Shown: piece after piece, positions 11,983 to 23,146 of the stretch
Position numbering within the stretch: the first letter of the stretch is position 1
How the letters are laid out: every line of letters begins with the position of its first letter
Assembly (NCBI GenBank): GCA_963823665.1
Contig: CAWGMQ010000006.1
Span: forward strand, 1,440,001 to 1,504,000
Length of the DNA: 64,000 bases
Reading direction: 5' to 3'
Source of the DNA: an uncultured Planctomycetota bacterium
GTDB lineage: Bacteria > Planctomycetota > Planctomycetia > Isosphaerales > Isosphaeraceae
Translations under genes and position numbers: made by a program
Notes under the pieces: model-generated
Told to the model about the DNA's origin: nothing
The model's database searches: none
The model's input: the letters and a program-made list of their open reading frames with translations, nothing else

Positions 11983-13059
11983 ATGAGAATCGCGCGAAAC
12001 CGCCCGGCGTTCACCCTGATCGAGCTACTGGTCGTCATCGCAATCATCGCCGTCCTGATCGCCCTGCTCCTGCCCGCGGTCCAGTCCGCCCGCGAGGCTG
12101 CCAGGCGAGCGAGCTGCAGCAATAACCTGAAACAAATCGGCCTGGCCCTGCACAACTACATGACGGCAGTCGATACGCTGCCGCCGGGCCGGTTCAACTC
12201 GCACATTGCGGGCATCGGCAACGTGTGGGGCGCATACTCGCAAATACTCCCACAGCTCGACCAGGGGGCGATTTTCAACTCGTTCAATTTCAACCTTGCA
12301 CCCGAGCTGGAGACCAGCCTCCCGTTAGCCGCGGCCAACTTGACCGGTGCGGCCACCTTCATCAACTCGCTTCTCTGTCCGTCGGACGCGGCGTCGGCCG
12401 TGCAGATCACCGTCGCCGGTGAAAACTATGCCTCGCACAACTACGACTTCAACGTGGGCTCGACCTACCCGCTCCAGGAAGTATTCCCGGCAGGCGTGAC
12501 TTCGCCGTTTGGTGTGTTGCCCAACGGCGTCTTCTTCGAGAACCGGGGCGTCCGCCCAGCCGAGTTCCTCGATGGTATGTCGAACACGGTTGCGATGGCC
12601 GAGACGATCCGTTCGAACCAGAGCTCGACCTACGCGACCGAGCCGACGCGCGTCTTCCTCGTGACCGGAAACAACACGAGCACCGGGCCGCCGCTGACCT
12701 CCGACGCCGACTACGCGACCTACTGCCTATCGCAGCCGGCGAGCACGACCATGTTTCAGGCGACCAAGGGCATCCGCTGGCACTATGGCGCGCCCGGCCA
12801 CTCGATGTACAATCACCGCAGGCCCCCTAACGATCTGAACCCGGACTGCCGCGGCGGCCTGCCGCACAGCAACAAATCCGACCCGGAGTGGAGCTATCTC
12901 TCACTCAACGTCACCGCGCGGAGTAACCACCCGGCCGGCGTCCAGGCCCTGATGGCCGATGGCCACGTCCAGTTCATCAAGAACTCGATCAACCCGCTAA
13001 CCTGGCAGGCACTCGGGAGCCGCAACGGAGGCGAGACGATCTCCGCTGATGCGTACTGA
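11983..13059 (+). CDS. DUF1559 prepilin-type N-terminal cleavage/methylation protein
   Basis: [53 protein letters not shown]-terminal H-x9-DG motif ([16 protein letters not shown]). Confidence 0.96.
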   Translation: MRIARNRPAFTLIELLVVIAIIAVLIALLLPAVQSAREAARRASCSNNLKQIGLALHNYMTAVDTLPPGRFNSHIAGIGNVWGAYSQILPQLDQGAIFNSFNFNLAPELETSLPLAAANLTGAATFINSLLCPSDAASAVQITVAGENYASHNYDFNVGSTYPLQEVFPAGVTSPFGVLPNGVFFENRGVRPAEFLDGMSNTVAMAETIRSNQSSTYATEPTRVFLVTGNNTSTGPPLTSDADYATYCLSQPASTTMFQATKGIRWHYGAPGHSMYNHRRPPNDLNPDCRGGLPHSNKSDPEWSYLSLNVTARSNHPAGVQALMADGHVQFIKNSINPLTWQALGSRNGGETISADAY

Positions 13060-13090
13060 ACATTGGCACCGCCCAGAAGGTACTCGGCTG

Positions 13091-13118
13091 TTGACCGCCG
13101 CTGCTTCCACGGTAGACT
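13091..13118 (+). promoter_or_regulatory. sigma70-type promoter of the Tat aldo/keto reductase
   Basis: TTGACC-N16-TAGACT. Confidence 0.5.
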
Positions 13119-13187
13119 GGATTCGTTGCGGGAACCGGGCCGCTTTCCATGTTTGATCTTCAGAAGGAGAGGTTACGGCTATGTCTG

Positions 13188-14393
13188 ATGGCGCAGAACC
13201 TTTCTCGCCGCGACATGATGCGGCTCGGGGCGACGGGTGTGGCGGCGGCAAGCATCACCAGCCTGCCTCTGCTGGCGGCTGAGCAGGCCGCCGCCGACAA
13301 ACTGCCCAAGCGGCGATACGGCCGCACCGGTCTCGAGATTGGCTGGCTCGTGGGCGCGTCCGACTGGCCGAAGGAGCTCATTCCCAGGGCGGTAAACGCC
13401 GGAGTCAATTACTGGCACAAGGCCCAGAGGTGGACTGCCAGCACGCTTCCGCCGGCCATCAAGAGTCAGCCAAGGGAGTCCTATTATCTCGAGTGCGTCG
13501 TGGACCGCGTCAACGGTGGCCACGAGCGCGGCGAGATCGACGAAGAGCAGCACTACCAGTTTGTCAAGAAATGCCTGAAGGAATCGGGCGTCGGATACTA
13601 CGACGTCTTCAAATTCCACTTCGGCTATCACTCCGTGGAAGAAGTGAAGCAGAACCCAGGCATGGTCAAGGCGTTCGAGCGGCTCAAGAAGGAGGGGCTG
13701 GTCAAACACCTGGCCATTTCCCAACATCATTACAACAACTTGCCCGGCGGAAACTTTGCCTGGGAAATCATGCACTACCTGGCCGACAATCGGCCGTATG
13801 AGGCAACCCAGTTCTTCCACACCCTTGGCGACCGCAAAGAGGTATCGGAGTGGATCGACGTGGCGAAGAAGAAAGACATCGGGACCATCGCCATGAAGAC
13901 GATGGGCGGTGTCGGGCGTGCGGCCAGTGATGAGTCGTTCAAAAAGCTTTTGGCGGACCCGAAATACCAGGGCAGCACCCCTGCCGCGGCGCTGGTCAAG
14001 TGGCTCACATCAAACCCGAGCCTCACCGCAGCCGTGATCGCGACCAAGAACTTTGATCAGTTCCGCGAGAACGCAGGCGCGGCCACCAGCCTGGCCATGC
14101 GCCCGCAGGACAATGCGACGCTCACCCTGTTGTCCGGCTACAACAAGGGGTTGACCTGCATATTGTGCGCCCAGTGCGTCTCCAGTTGCCCCGAACACAT
14201 CGGGATTGCGGACGTCTTCCGGTACGAGCGGTATGCCCGGGATTATCACGACCTCGACCGGGCGCGGAAGGAATACGCCGCCTTGACGAAAAACGGCACG
14301 TCCTGCGTCGGCTGCGGCGACTGCCTGCCGACCTGCTCACAGGAGATCGACATCGCCGCCAAACTGAAGGATGTGCACCGGCTGTTGGGATGA
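13188..14393 (+). CDS. Tat-exported aldo/keto reductase family protein with C-terminal Fe-S dicluster domain
   Basis: LSRRDMMRLG twin-arginine signal; LPKRRYGRTG, IAMKT; CILCAQCVSSCP and CVGCGDCLPTC. Exact start uncertain (an RBS-linked ATG at 13181 is out of frame). Confidence 0.85.
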   Translation: MAQNLSRRDMMRLGATGVAAASITSLPLLAAEQAAADKLPKRRYGRTGLEIGWLVGASDWPKELIPRAVNAGVNYWHKAQRWTASTLPPAIKSQPRESYYLECVVDRVNGGHERGEIDEEQHYQFVKKCLKESGVGYYDVFKFHFGYHSVEEVKQNPGMVKAFERLKKEGLVKHLAISQHHYNNLPGGNFAWEIMHYLADNRPYEATQFFHTLGDRKEVSEWIDVAKKKDIGTIAMKTMGGVGRAASDESFKKLLADPKYQGSTPAAALVKWLTSNPSLTAAVIATKNFDQFRENAGAATSLAMRPQDNATLTLLSGYNKGLTCILCAQCVSSCPEHIGIADVFRYERYARDYHDLDRARKEYAALTKNGTSCVGCGDCLPTCSQEIDIAAKLKDVHRLLG

Positions 14394-15020
14394 GAGAGAC
14401 TGTGGCATTGAATCAGCTCCAATAAGTCTTCGCCGTAGCAGCCGAGTGACCATCGCGCTTGCGGTGGTTTGCGTGTTTGCCGCGCTCGTCGCGTCGCACC
14501 GCTCGTGGCGCCAGGACGCGGCCGATTCATCGCCACGACCTGGCGCTCTACCAGCCGTCCCAGGTGGCCCAGCCGCCTGGGACGCCGCCCGTCGAGCCCC
14601 TTACCGCAGTCGAGTCGCATGAGCTCAGTCTCGCCGCCAAGGCACGCTCGCCAGCCCCCGCAGCCGAGGGGCGCAAGCTGATTCAGGCGCTCGCGAAATC
14701 CGCCTCGCTCGTACGCCCCATCCGCGCCGGCATCATCGGTGTCGTCAGAAGGGAAGCGCTGATAGCGGTTCGCGCTCGCCGTCGGTCGAAGACGTCGTGT
14801 GGGCGCGTCCGCGTCGGACGGGAGATCAACGCTCGACGTTCTTCGCCCGCCGCCGGAACTCGACGTGCAGGCTCGCGGACGCCGCGCGCACATCCTCAGC
14901 AGCTTGCTCGACGACTTCGTCCCCGCCCCATCCGCCCGCGATCCCGCCTCGGTGGGATTGAACACCTCGGGAATGAAAGGCTTGCCGCAGTCAAAAACCT
15001 ACCGTGAGATCCCTGCCCCT
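14390..15020 (+). CDS. Hypothetical protein with N-terminal hydrophobic segment, broken by several frameshifts
   Basis: ATG overlaps the upstream stop; VTIALAVVCVFAALVAS hydrophobic stretch; GC3-rich runs in successive frames; no recognisable motif. Confidence 0.3.
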
Positions 15021-17020
15021 CAACGCTTCCAGAACGGTGCGATGCTCTCAAGCGCACTGCCGCCGAGCACTTCGTATTTGCCATCCGCAGTCACACGCCA
15101 AGGTTGTTCCACGTAGCCCGCGTTGATTGCCAGATGTTCGCCGCGGCGAATGACGGCCTGCGCCCAGGGCTGTTCGATCGCCGACAGCGGCGCGAATTCG
15201 TTGAACAGGGCCTCAAGCTGCTTCTCTTCCCGATTTGCCTTGATCGCCTGGAGCTCACCCAGGACCGCACGGGCCACGCTCTGGAATTGGTCGTAATCCA
15301 CCACGGCCAGCACCTGATTCTCCGGCGTCATTGTCCCACCGTCCCGCGCCGCCCATTGGATCGCACCTGCCTTCAGGAGCTTGTTGATGAACAGCCAGTG
15401 CCCGCGCTGGTGCATTTCCAGAAGAGTCCGGTCACGTGACAGCCGCTGCAGAAAATCGCTCACGTAAAGATCGTAAGTGAGCTGCCGGAAGAGCTTGGCC
15501 TCGGTCGCATCTTTCAAAGCACCAGCCTCGACCAGCTTGGGGTCGTCCACGAAAAGAAGCGCCGTCAGGTCGGCACGCTCTTCTTCAAGAGCACTGCCGA
15601 GCCGGCCCAGAATCGAGACCGGATCGTCGGTCTTGCCGTACTTGCTCGTATCATAGGTTCCCGAGCCGTGGCCGATGATTTCGTGCATCAGCACCAGATT
15701 GCGCCAGCACTTTTCCCGGTTTTCCAGGACTGCGTCGACCTTGCCCGCCGGCAGGAACTCCTGGAATGCTTCGCGGCGCCTCGCTTTGAGCGTCTGATCG
15801 GCATCTTCACCCGGCATCGACAAGCGAATGACGTTCTTCGCGCCCACATCGCGTCGAATGTCGTCAAAATTGGGCAGATTGTAGCCGCTGGAACGGAAGC
15901 CCGAGATCTCCTGAAAATAATAGACCATGATGGCCGGTGGTGAATAATCGGCGGGGAATTTTTTCTTGAATCGTCCGTAAGGCATCGCATCTTCAAATGC
16001 CTGCGCACGCGTCGAAAGCCCCTGCGCCAGCCGGCTGATTTCCGGGTCAACGATCTGCACGTAAGATTCCCACGCTGCCATGCGCGACAGAAAGTCGCCT
16101 TCAAATTCAACCCAGCCGATCATGAAGTCCACCCGGGAATCGGCCCGGTCGCGCACCCAGGCGATGCTGGCCTGTCGAAAATCTTCCACATCGCCGCCCT
16201 GGAAATACTTGACCATCGCATCGATCTGTTCCTTCTGGTGAGCCGTGGCCGCGAGCGGCCGGGCGGCTTCCAGGTGGGAAACCACCTTCCGGAGCGCTTC
16301 ACCGACTTCCCCTGGGCGCTGCGACGAGAGCGTCTCGCACGCCAATCCGTTCTGCGAGCGGACGACGCGTGAATTGATGTTCGGTTTGAGGGTCTTGTCC
16401 AGTACAGTCATGACTTCAAGGCCGGTGATGCCTTGCTCATAAAAGTTGCTGCCCGTCTCCTCCAGCCCCTTCCCATCCGGACTCTCCGGCGCTTGCCGCA
16501 CCTCGTAACCTCCGTCGCACAGCAATCGGGCAATCTCGGCTCGATCCCGCTTGGACAGAAATGGCCCTCGCCTCGAGCGATCGAAGAGCGCCTGGACCTG
16601 GCTCTGCGTCACGTGCTCCAGCACGTACTTGCGGTTCGATGCGGCATAGGGACCGCCCTGATCCAGAAACTTGGCGCTGTAGACGAGGAGCTCCTGAAAT
16701 GCTTTCTCGCCGAGCTCGCTCCTGGTTTTCTCGATCTGCTCGGCTGACAGGGCTTCCTCGAGCAGTCGCTTGATGGTCACGGAGTGCCGGTGTGTTCGCT
16801 GAAAAAGCAGCTCGCGGCCGGAATTTGCCGCCTCGATCAAGTGGTAAGCCAGCATCTTTTCCTTGGGAGTAAGTTTGGCCCAGACCTCGCCCCGGGGTGC
16901 CGAGCTCTGCACTCGCATGTTCTTGGGCAGCGGCAGCGGCTTCACCTCTCCTTCCTGCCCTTGAACGTTGCAAACACACCCCAGAATGAGCGAACACGCC
17001 AGAAGCCTTGAGATGCGCAT
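15020..17020 (-). CDS. Dipeptidyl-peptidase III family (M49) zinc peptidase, exported
   Basis: Signal peptide; GYNLPNFDDIRRDVGAKNV, HEIIGHGSG hexapeptide zinc motif, LEEERADL motif. Confidence 0.9.
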   Translation of the reverse strand: MRISRLLACSLILGCVCNVQGQEGEVKPLPLPKNMRVQSSAPRGEVWAKLTPKEKMLAYHLIEAANSGRELLFQRTHRHSVTIKRLLEEALSAEQIEKTRSELGEKAFQELLVYSAKFLDQGGPYAASNRKYVLEHVTQSQVQALFDRSRRGPFLSKRDRAEIARLLCDGGYEVRQAPESPDGKGLEETGSNFYEQGITGLEVMTVLDKTLKPNINSRVVRSQNGLACETLSSQRPGEVGEALRKVVSHLEAARPLAATAHQKEQIDAMVKYFQGGDVEDFRQASIAWVRDRADSRVDFMIGWVEFEGDFLSRMAAWESYVQIVDPEISRLAQGLSTRAQAFEDAMPYGRFKKKFPADYSPPAIMVYYFQEISGFRSSGYNLPNFDDIRRDVGAKNVIRLSMPGEDADQTLKARRREAFQEFLPAGKVDAVLENREKCWRNLVLMHEIIGHGSGTYDTSKYGKTDDPVSILGRLGSALEEERADLTALLFVDDPKLVEAGALKDATEAKLFRQLTYDLYVSDFLQRLSRDRTLLEMHQRGHWLFINKLLKAGAIQWAARDGGTMTPENQVLAVVDYDQFQSVARAVLGELQAIKANREEKQLEALFNEFAPLSAIEQPWAQAVIRRGEHLAINAGYVEQPWRVTADGKYEVLGGSALESIAPFWKR

Positions 17021-17178
17021 AACTTGGTACCTGTAAACGCGAATCTAAATGCAAGATCGAAGATGATGCGCTGCCACTCCTGGAAACTGCTCCCCGGGGC
17101 TGCGGCCCGATCAGACGTTACCCGGCACTGGTCTCCAGGACAATGGATCGCTCCCCGCGCTCTTCCTCCGGGATTCGA

Positions 17179-17523
17179 TCACTCCCCCCTCCCCCGCTCT
17201 GCCTTGTACGCCTTCAAGATCGACTTGAGCAGACCCGGAAACCGCCGCTGGATCTCGCGCTGCCGTAGCCGGCTCGTGAGCTCCACCCCCTTGCGCTCGC
17301 AGTGAATGAGCCCCGCGTCGCGCAGGATCTGGAAGTGCTGCGAACACGTCGACTTCGGCAGCACGATCTTCGCACTGCTCATCGTCTCCACGCAATTCAT
17401 CTCCGAGCCGGCCTCCAGGAGTTCGCTCACGATCGCCAGTCGCACGGGGTCAGCGAGCGCATGAAGGATGTCCGCGACCGTGACGCTTTCCATCCCGGGA
17501 TGCCGGAGCGGCCTGGCTGCCAT
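17179..17523 (-). CDS. ArsR/SmtB family transcriptional regulator
   Basis: ILHALADPVRLAIV...LPKSTCSQHFQILRDAGLI...RFPGLL. Confidence 0.92.
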   Translation of the reverse strand: MAARPLRHPGMESVTVADILHALADPVRLAIVSELLEAGSEMNCVETMSSAKIVLPKSTCSQHFQILRDAGLIHCERKGVELTSRLRQREIQRRFPGLLKSILKAYKAERGRGE

Positions 17524-17550
17524 GAGACCCCGCTGTGCGCTAGTTCCCTT

Positions 17551-17567
17551 GTTCGGAACTTACGAAC
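17551..17567. promoter_or_regulatory. Probable ArsR operator palindrome
   Basis: GTTCG-N7-CGAAC in the AT-rich divergent intergenic region between the ArsR and OYE genes. Confidence 0.5.
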
Positions 17568-17621
17568 TATCTATATTGGAGTGTACAGCCCGGTCGCCTT
17601 ATCTTCAATAGGATTGACTTC

Positions 17622-18692
17622 ATGCCCAACCTTTTCGACCCGCTCGAGCTCGGTGAGCTGATCCTCCCCAACCGTGTAATCTTGGCCCCGCTCACCCGTT
17701 GCCGCGCCTGCGCGGGCCGGGTCCCCGTCCCGCTCAATGCCGAGTACTACGCCCAGCGGGCCTCGGCAGGGTTGATCATCTCCGAGGCGACTTCGGTCAC
17801 TCCCATGGGCGTCGGCTATCCCAGCACGCCGGGCATCTGGTCGGCCGAGCAGGTCGAGGGCTGGAAGTTCGTCACTCGCGCCGTCCACAACGCCGGCGGT
17901 CGGATTCTGCTTCAGCTCTGGCACGTCGGCCGCATGTCAGACCCGATGTACTTGAACGGCGAGCTGCCCGTCGCCCCGAGCGCGATCGCCGCCTCCGGCC
18001 ACATCAGCCTCGTCCGTCCCGAGAAGTCCTTTGTGGTGCCCCGAGCACTTGGGCCTGACGAGATTCCCGGCATCGTCGAAGCCTATCGAAAGGGCGCCGA
18101 GAACGCGCAGAGCGCCGGCTTCGATGGCGTTGAGATTCATGGTGCCAACGGCTATCTCCTCGACCAGTTCTTGCAGGACAGCACCAATCATCGGACCGAT
18201 GAATACGGCGGATCGATCGAGAACCGGGCGCGCTTGATGCTCGAGGTCGCCGATGCGGCGATTTCGGTCTGGGGCCCGGGCCGCGTGGGCATGCACCTTG
18301 CGCCGCGGGGCGATGCGCACTCGATGGGCGACTCGGACCCGGCGAGTACGTTCGGCTATGTCGCCCGCGAGCTTGGCCGCAGGCGTCTCGCGTTTCTTTG
18401 CGCCAGGGAGTACGTGGGCCCGGGCCGCCTCGGCCCCCAGTTGAAGGCGGTCTTCGGCGGTGGTTACATCGCCAACGAAAAGTTCACGAAAGAGTCTGCC
18501 GAGGAGGTTCTCTCTTCCGGTGAGGCTGACGCCGTCGCCTTCGGAAAGCTCTTCCTCGCCAACCCGGACTTGCCCCACCGCTTCGCAGTCAACGCGCCGC
18601 TCAACGAGCCAAATCCGTCCACCTTTTATGCATCCGGCCCCGAGGGTTACACCGACTACCCATTCCTCGACCGCGCCGTCCGTTCGGCGTGA
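17622..18692 (+). CDS. nemA: Old yellow enzyme alkene / N-ethylmaleimide reductase
   Basis: LAPLTRCRA, YYAQRASAGLIISEAT, QLWHVGR, EIHGANGYLLDQFL, GYTDYP. Confidence 0.92.
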   Translation: MPNLFDPLELGELILPNRVILAPLTRCRACAGRVPVPLNAEYYAQRASAGLIISEATSVTPMGVGYPSTPGIWSAEQVEGWKFVTRAVHNAGGRILLQLWHVGRMSDPMYLNGELPVAPSAIAASGHISLVRPEKSFVVPRALGPDEIPGIVEAYRKGAENAQSAGFDGVEIHGANGYLLDQFLQDSTNHRTDEYGGSIENRARLMLEVADAAISVWGPGRVGMHLAPRGDAHSMGDSDPASTFGYVARELGRRRLAFLCAREYVGPGRLGPQLKAVFGGGYIANEKFTKESAEEVLSSGEADAVAFGKLFLANPDLPHRFAVNAPLNEPNPSTFYASGPEGYTDYPFLDRAVRSA

Positions 18693-18717
18693 TGTGACAT
18701 TGCGAGCCGATCGTGAA

Positions 18718-18779
18718 TGTCGCCTTTCGTCCCGCGAAGGAACTTGCCGACTACCAGTGTCGCCCTTCGCTCCGCGAAG
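18718..18779 (+). repeat. Tandem pair of REP-like palindromic units
   Basis: TGTCGCCTTTCGTCCCGCGAAG (18718-18739) and TGTCGCCCTTCGCTCCGCGAAG (18758-18779), each with an internal TTCG...CGAA hairpin. Confidence 0.7.
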
Positions 18780-18855
18780 CGTCTTCCTGAAACTCGCTCA
18801 CATACCGTTTGCCGTCAGAATCACCCGATCATTTACTTTGGAGGCTCGCTGATTC

Positions 18856-19893
<1,038 letters not shown>

Positions 19894-19969
19894 GCCGTGC
19901 GCCTCGGAATAAAGGTGTCAGGAACCGTTCTTCGGCCGCTTTAACAGATGCCGATGCATGGTCCGGAAC

Positions 19970-20362
19970 CTATTGCCCGGCGCGCGGCGCCGCTTGCAAT
20001 CGCGAATTCAAAAACACAATGACAACAGGAAGCCCCAGCTCCAAAACGGTCATCGCGACGAAAAATCGATTCGGCAGACCGACGGCCACAATGGAAACCA
20101 GTCGCGCCAACCCGCCGACAAAAAAGATGAGCGCCAGAAGCTTGATGTACGCGCCCTTTCGCTCGATGCCCTTCACACACCAAAGCAGAGCCGCACCATA
20201 AGCAGTGAACAACGTGGCGTAAAATCGATCTTCACTATCCATCGTGGCATTAACCGGGACAGACCCTGGAATACACGCCGGCCCAAGCACAATGTGCAGA
20301 AGCGAAATGAAGATCGCCGTGACGCCGCCAGCAGCAAGGAGAACCTGAAGGGCCTTCCGCAT
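19970..20362 (-). CDS. DUF4345-like small membrane protein
   Basis: Four hydrophobic helices; PGSVPVNATMDSEDRFYA and FFVGGLARLVS motifs. Confidence 0.75.
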   Translation of the reverse strand: MRKALQVLLAAGGVTAIFISLLHIVLGPACIPGSVPVNATMDSEDRFYATLFTAYGAALLWCVKGIERKGAYIKLLALIFFVGGLARLVSIVAVGLPNRFFVAMTVLELGLPVVIVFLNSRLQAAPRAGQ

Positions 20363-20399
20363 CGCGTGAGTTCCTATTCGCGTGCCATCCCATGCCAAC

Positions 20400-21086
20400 T
20401 TAACCATGTTTCCCGCCCCCGCCCGCCCTCGCCGACCGACCACGGCTCGACCGCGCAAGGCCCGCATCCGGCGACTTCACCTTCCCACCCTTCCCACGCT
20501 CGCGTGCAACATACGGCCCCAGCAAAAACTCAAGGTCCCGCAGGACCCAATCTCGAGCCGCCCCCTCGCGAAAAATGGCCCACGCGACCAGCGACCCCTG
20601 GATCGTCTCCTGCACCACCCGCGCCAGACGCTCCGTATCACACGCATTTAGCTCCCGCGCTTTGACGGCGTCGTCAAGCAGCCCCCGCATCGAGGAATGC
20701 GACGCCCGCGCCTGCACGAGCGCGTAATGATGAAACTCCGGATCGGTCAAATCCATCACCAGAAAACTGAGGTGATTCGCCAGCTCCTCCGGCGACCCCG
20801 CCATCCCCGCCCAGCATTCCGCCACGGCGTAAAGCGCCGCAAGCGGCGACGCGTGCGCCGCGCGGATCGCCGCCATCTGGTCCCCCTCCGACGAACTTCC
20901 CAGCCGCACCAGCTCGAGCAGCATTCCCCGCTTCGTGCCAAATCTCTGCACCAGCGTCGCCGGCACCACGCCCGCCTCGCGCGCCACGTCGGCCAGCGTC
21001 AGCCGCGCAGGCCCCACCCTGCTCACCGCGCGCGCCGTCGCCTGCAGCAATTCCAGGTCACTCACCGTTCGCGGCCGGGCACACAT
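20400..21086 (-). CDS. TetR/AcrR family transcriptional regulator
   Basis: ARPRTVSD...LTLADVAREAGVVPATLVQRFGTKRGML HTH. Confidence 0.92.
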   Translation of the reverse strand: MCARPRTVSDLELLQATARAVSRVGPARLTLADVAREAGVVPATLVQRFGTKRGMLLELVRLGSSSEGDQMAAIRAAHASPLAALYAVAECWAGMAGSPEELANHLSFLVMDLTDPEFHHYALVQARASHSSMRGLLDDAVKARELNACDTERLARVVQETIQGSLVAWAIFREGAARDWVLRDLEFLLGPYVARERGKGGKVKSPDAGLARSSRGRSARAGGGGKHG

Positions 21087-21101
21087 CTTCCAGATCCTAA
21101 A

Positions 21102-21161
21102 TAAATGAATCGCGATTTACAATCCCCGCTGGACATTAAATGAACAGTCATTTACAATCCC
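21102..21161. promoter_or_regulatory. Two TetR operator-like boxes in direct repeat (35-bp period)
   Basis: TAAATGAATCGCGATTTACAATCCC (21102-21126) and TAAATGAACAGTCATTTACAATCCC (21137-21161); the second contains the perfect inverted repeat TAAATGA-N4-TCATTTA. Confidence 0.75.
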
Positions 21162-21224
21162 TGCGGAGTGGGAGGAGTGTCCTCTCGCGTAGAGTGTCTT
21201 GCGGTTCTTGATCGGAGCCATTCC

Positions 21225-22102
21225 ATGAAGCCGCTCAAGGGAAAGGTGGCCGTCGTCTCAGGCGCCAGTCGTGGCGCGGGCCGTGGGATTGCACTGGCAT
21301 TGGGCGAGGCGGGTGCGACGGTTTATGTGGCCGCCCGCACCGTGCGGGGAGGCCCCCGGCCGCCCGACGGCGCTCCGGGGACGATCGACGACACCGCCGA
21401 GGAACTGACTTCCCGCGGTGGCCGCGGCATCCCTGTGCGGGCAGATTGCACCAAGCTCGCCGACGTCGCCGCCCTGTTTGAGCGCATCCAGAAAGAGCAG
21501 GGTAAGATCGACGTGCTGGCCAATTCAGTCTGGGGTGGCCACAACGAGTTCCATTCGATCGAGGATATGCAGGCAGCCTGGAGTCGTCCCTTCTGGGAGC
21601 AGCCCTTCGGAGAGTGGGACAACATGATGCTGGCCGGGCCGATCGCCTACTTCCTGACGAGCTGCCATGCCGCCCGCCTGATGGCCGCCGCCGGCGGGGG
21701 CGTGATCGTGGGCGTCACCGATGGCTTGATCGACGGCACCCCTCCCGAGGAGTATCAGGGCCAGCTCATGTGGGACGTGGGGCACCACTGCATCAACCGG
21801 CTGATGTTCGGAATGGCGGCCGAGTGCAAGCCGCACGGAATCGCCGTCGTCACCCTGATGCCCGGCTTCATGCGCACGGAGCGCGTGATGATGAATATGA
21901 AAACGGAAGAGCACAAGAAGATGTTCCGCTTCGATTTGAGCGAATCGGTCGAGTACATCGGCCGGGCCGTCGCGTTCCTGGCGGCCGATGCGCGTGTCGC
22001 GGAGAAGTCCGGAAAGATCCACTTCGTGGCCGATCTGGCGCCGAGTATGGCTTCACGGATGTCGACGGCAAAGCCATCCCCAGGTTCCGGCCATTCGATT
22101 GA
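21225..22102 (+). CDS. SDR family oxidoreductase (frameshift near 22042)
   Basis: VAVVSGASRGAGRGIA, IDVLANSVWGG, PGFMRTE; C-terminus AEYGFTDVDG in the alternate frame. Confidence 0.9.
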
Positions 22103-22114
22103 CGACCAAGCTTT

Positions 22115-22145
22115 CCCCCCCTTGCAAAGGAGGGCCCAGGGGGGG
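22115..22145 (+). repeat. C/G-run palindromic intergenic element between convergent genes
   Basis: CCCCCCCTTGCAAAGGAGGGCCCAGGGGGGG hairpin. Confidence 0.55.
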
Positions 22146-22205
22146 TGAAGGGCGTCACCCGTCAGTGATCCGATCGACCCCGCATCGGGCAAGCGCGCGC
22201 GAAAC

Positions 22206-22790
22206 TCACGACCCCGCCTTGGGCAGCACCCGCAGCGCCAGCCCCAGCGCGATCCAGTTCATCCCGCGGAACAACAGGTTGATACCCACGAACAATCCGA
22301 TGACCCAGAGCGCCGATTCCGGCCACTCCAGCAAGATCAGCACCCCAAGGACCACGTCGATGACCCCGCTCGCCAGCGACCAGCCCCATGCCGCGAATCG
22401 ATAGCTCACGGCCGCCACGATCTTGAAGATGCCGCTGACCAGCAGGAAGCACGCAATGAGCAGTGTCAGAGCGGCCAGAGCATTGAGCGGGGCGCGAATG
22501 AACAAGAGCCCGACGACAATCGACAGCACGCCGGAAAGCAAGTGCAGGAAAAACCCGCTCCAGCCGCGGCACCAGAATGCGCCGATGACTTCCGCCGCCC
22601 CCGACAACAGCAGAAGAATCCCAATGACCATCGCAGCGGCCAGCGCGGCGATCGCCACCGCCCCCAGCGCGACCAGTCCCAAAACGACCAGTGCAACTCC
22701 CAATAGCACAAACCAAAACCAATTGCCGCGAAGAGCATTCAACTCGTGACGCAGCGCCGAGACGAGAGGACGATCGAAACTTGTGCTCAT
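22206..22790 (-). CDS. HdeD / DUF308 family membrane protein
   Basis: NWFWFVLLGVALVVLG...six TMs...WPESALWVIGLFVGINLLFRG. Confidence 0.9.
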   Translation of the reverse strand: MSTSFDRPLVSALRHELNALRGNWFWFVLLGVALVVLGLVALGAVAIAALAAAMVIGILLLLSGAAEVIGAFWCRGWSGFFLHLLSGVLSIVVGLLFIRAPLNALAALTLLIACFLLVSGIFKIVAAVSYRFAAWGWSLASGVIDVVLGVLILLEWPESALWVIGLFVGINLLFRGMNWIALGLALRVLPKAGS

Positions 22791-23146
22791 GGTTGAGGTC
22801 CCCGAAGAGAAATCGCGGTGCCACGAAGAGCTCGCCGCTTCGACACCTCTCTGCAATGCTCTCACCGACCTAAAGAAAAAACAAATGTATTCCGGCCAGA
22901 CGTGCCACATTCTCTTAAGAATTCCTTATCCAAAACTAGAGGGTTGCCTGCGCAACGGCTAAGGAGCGATCCATCTATGCATGAACAGCAGGCACCCAGT
23001 CCACTTGTTTTGCAGGCGCCAGCCGAGGTGCTACTCCAAGAAAGAGCAACGTACGAAGTCGAGCCTCTTGACTGGCCAGGCTCCTGACCGAGTTGGCGGA
23101 GCCTGCTGATACCTTCTACACATCGGGCACGCGAAAGGATTTCCTC

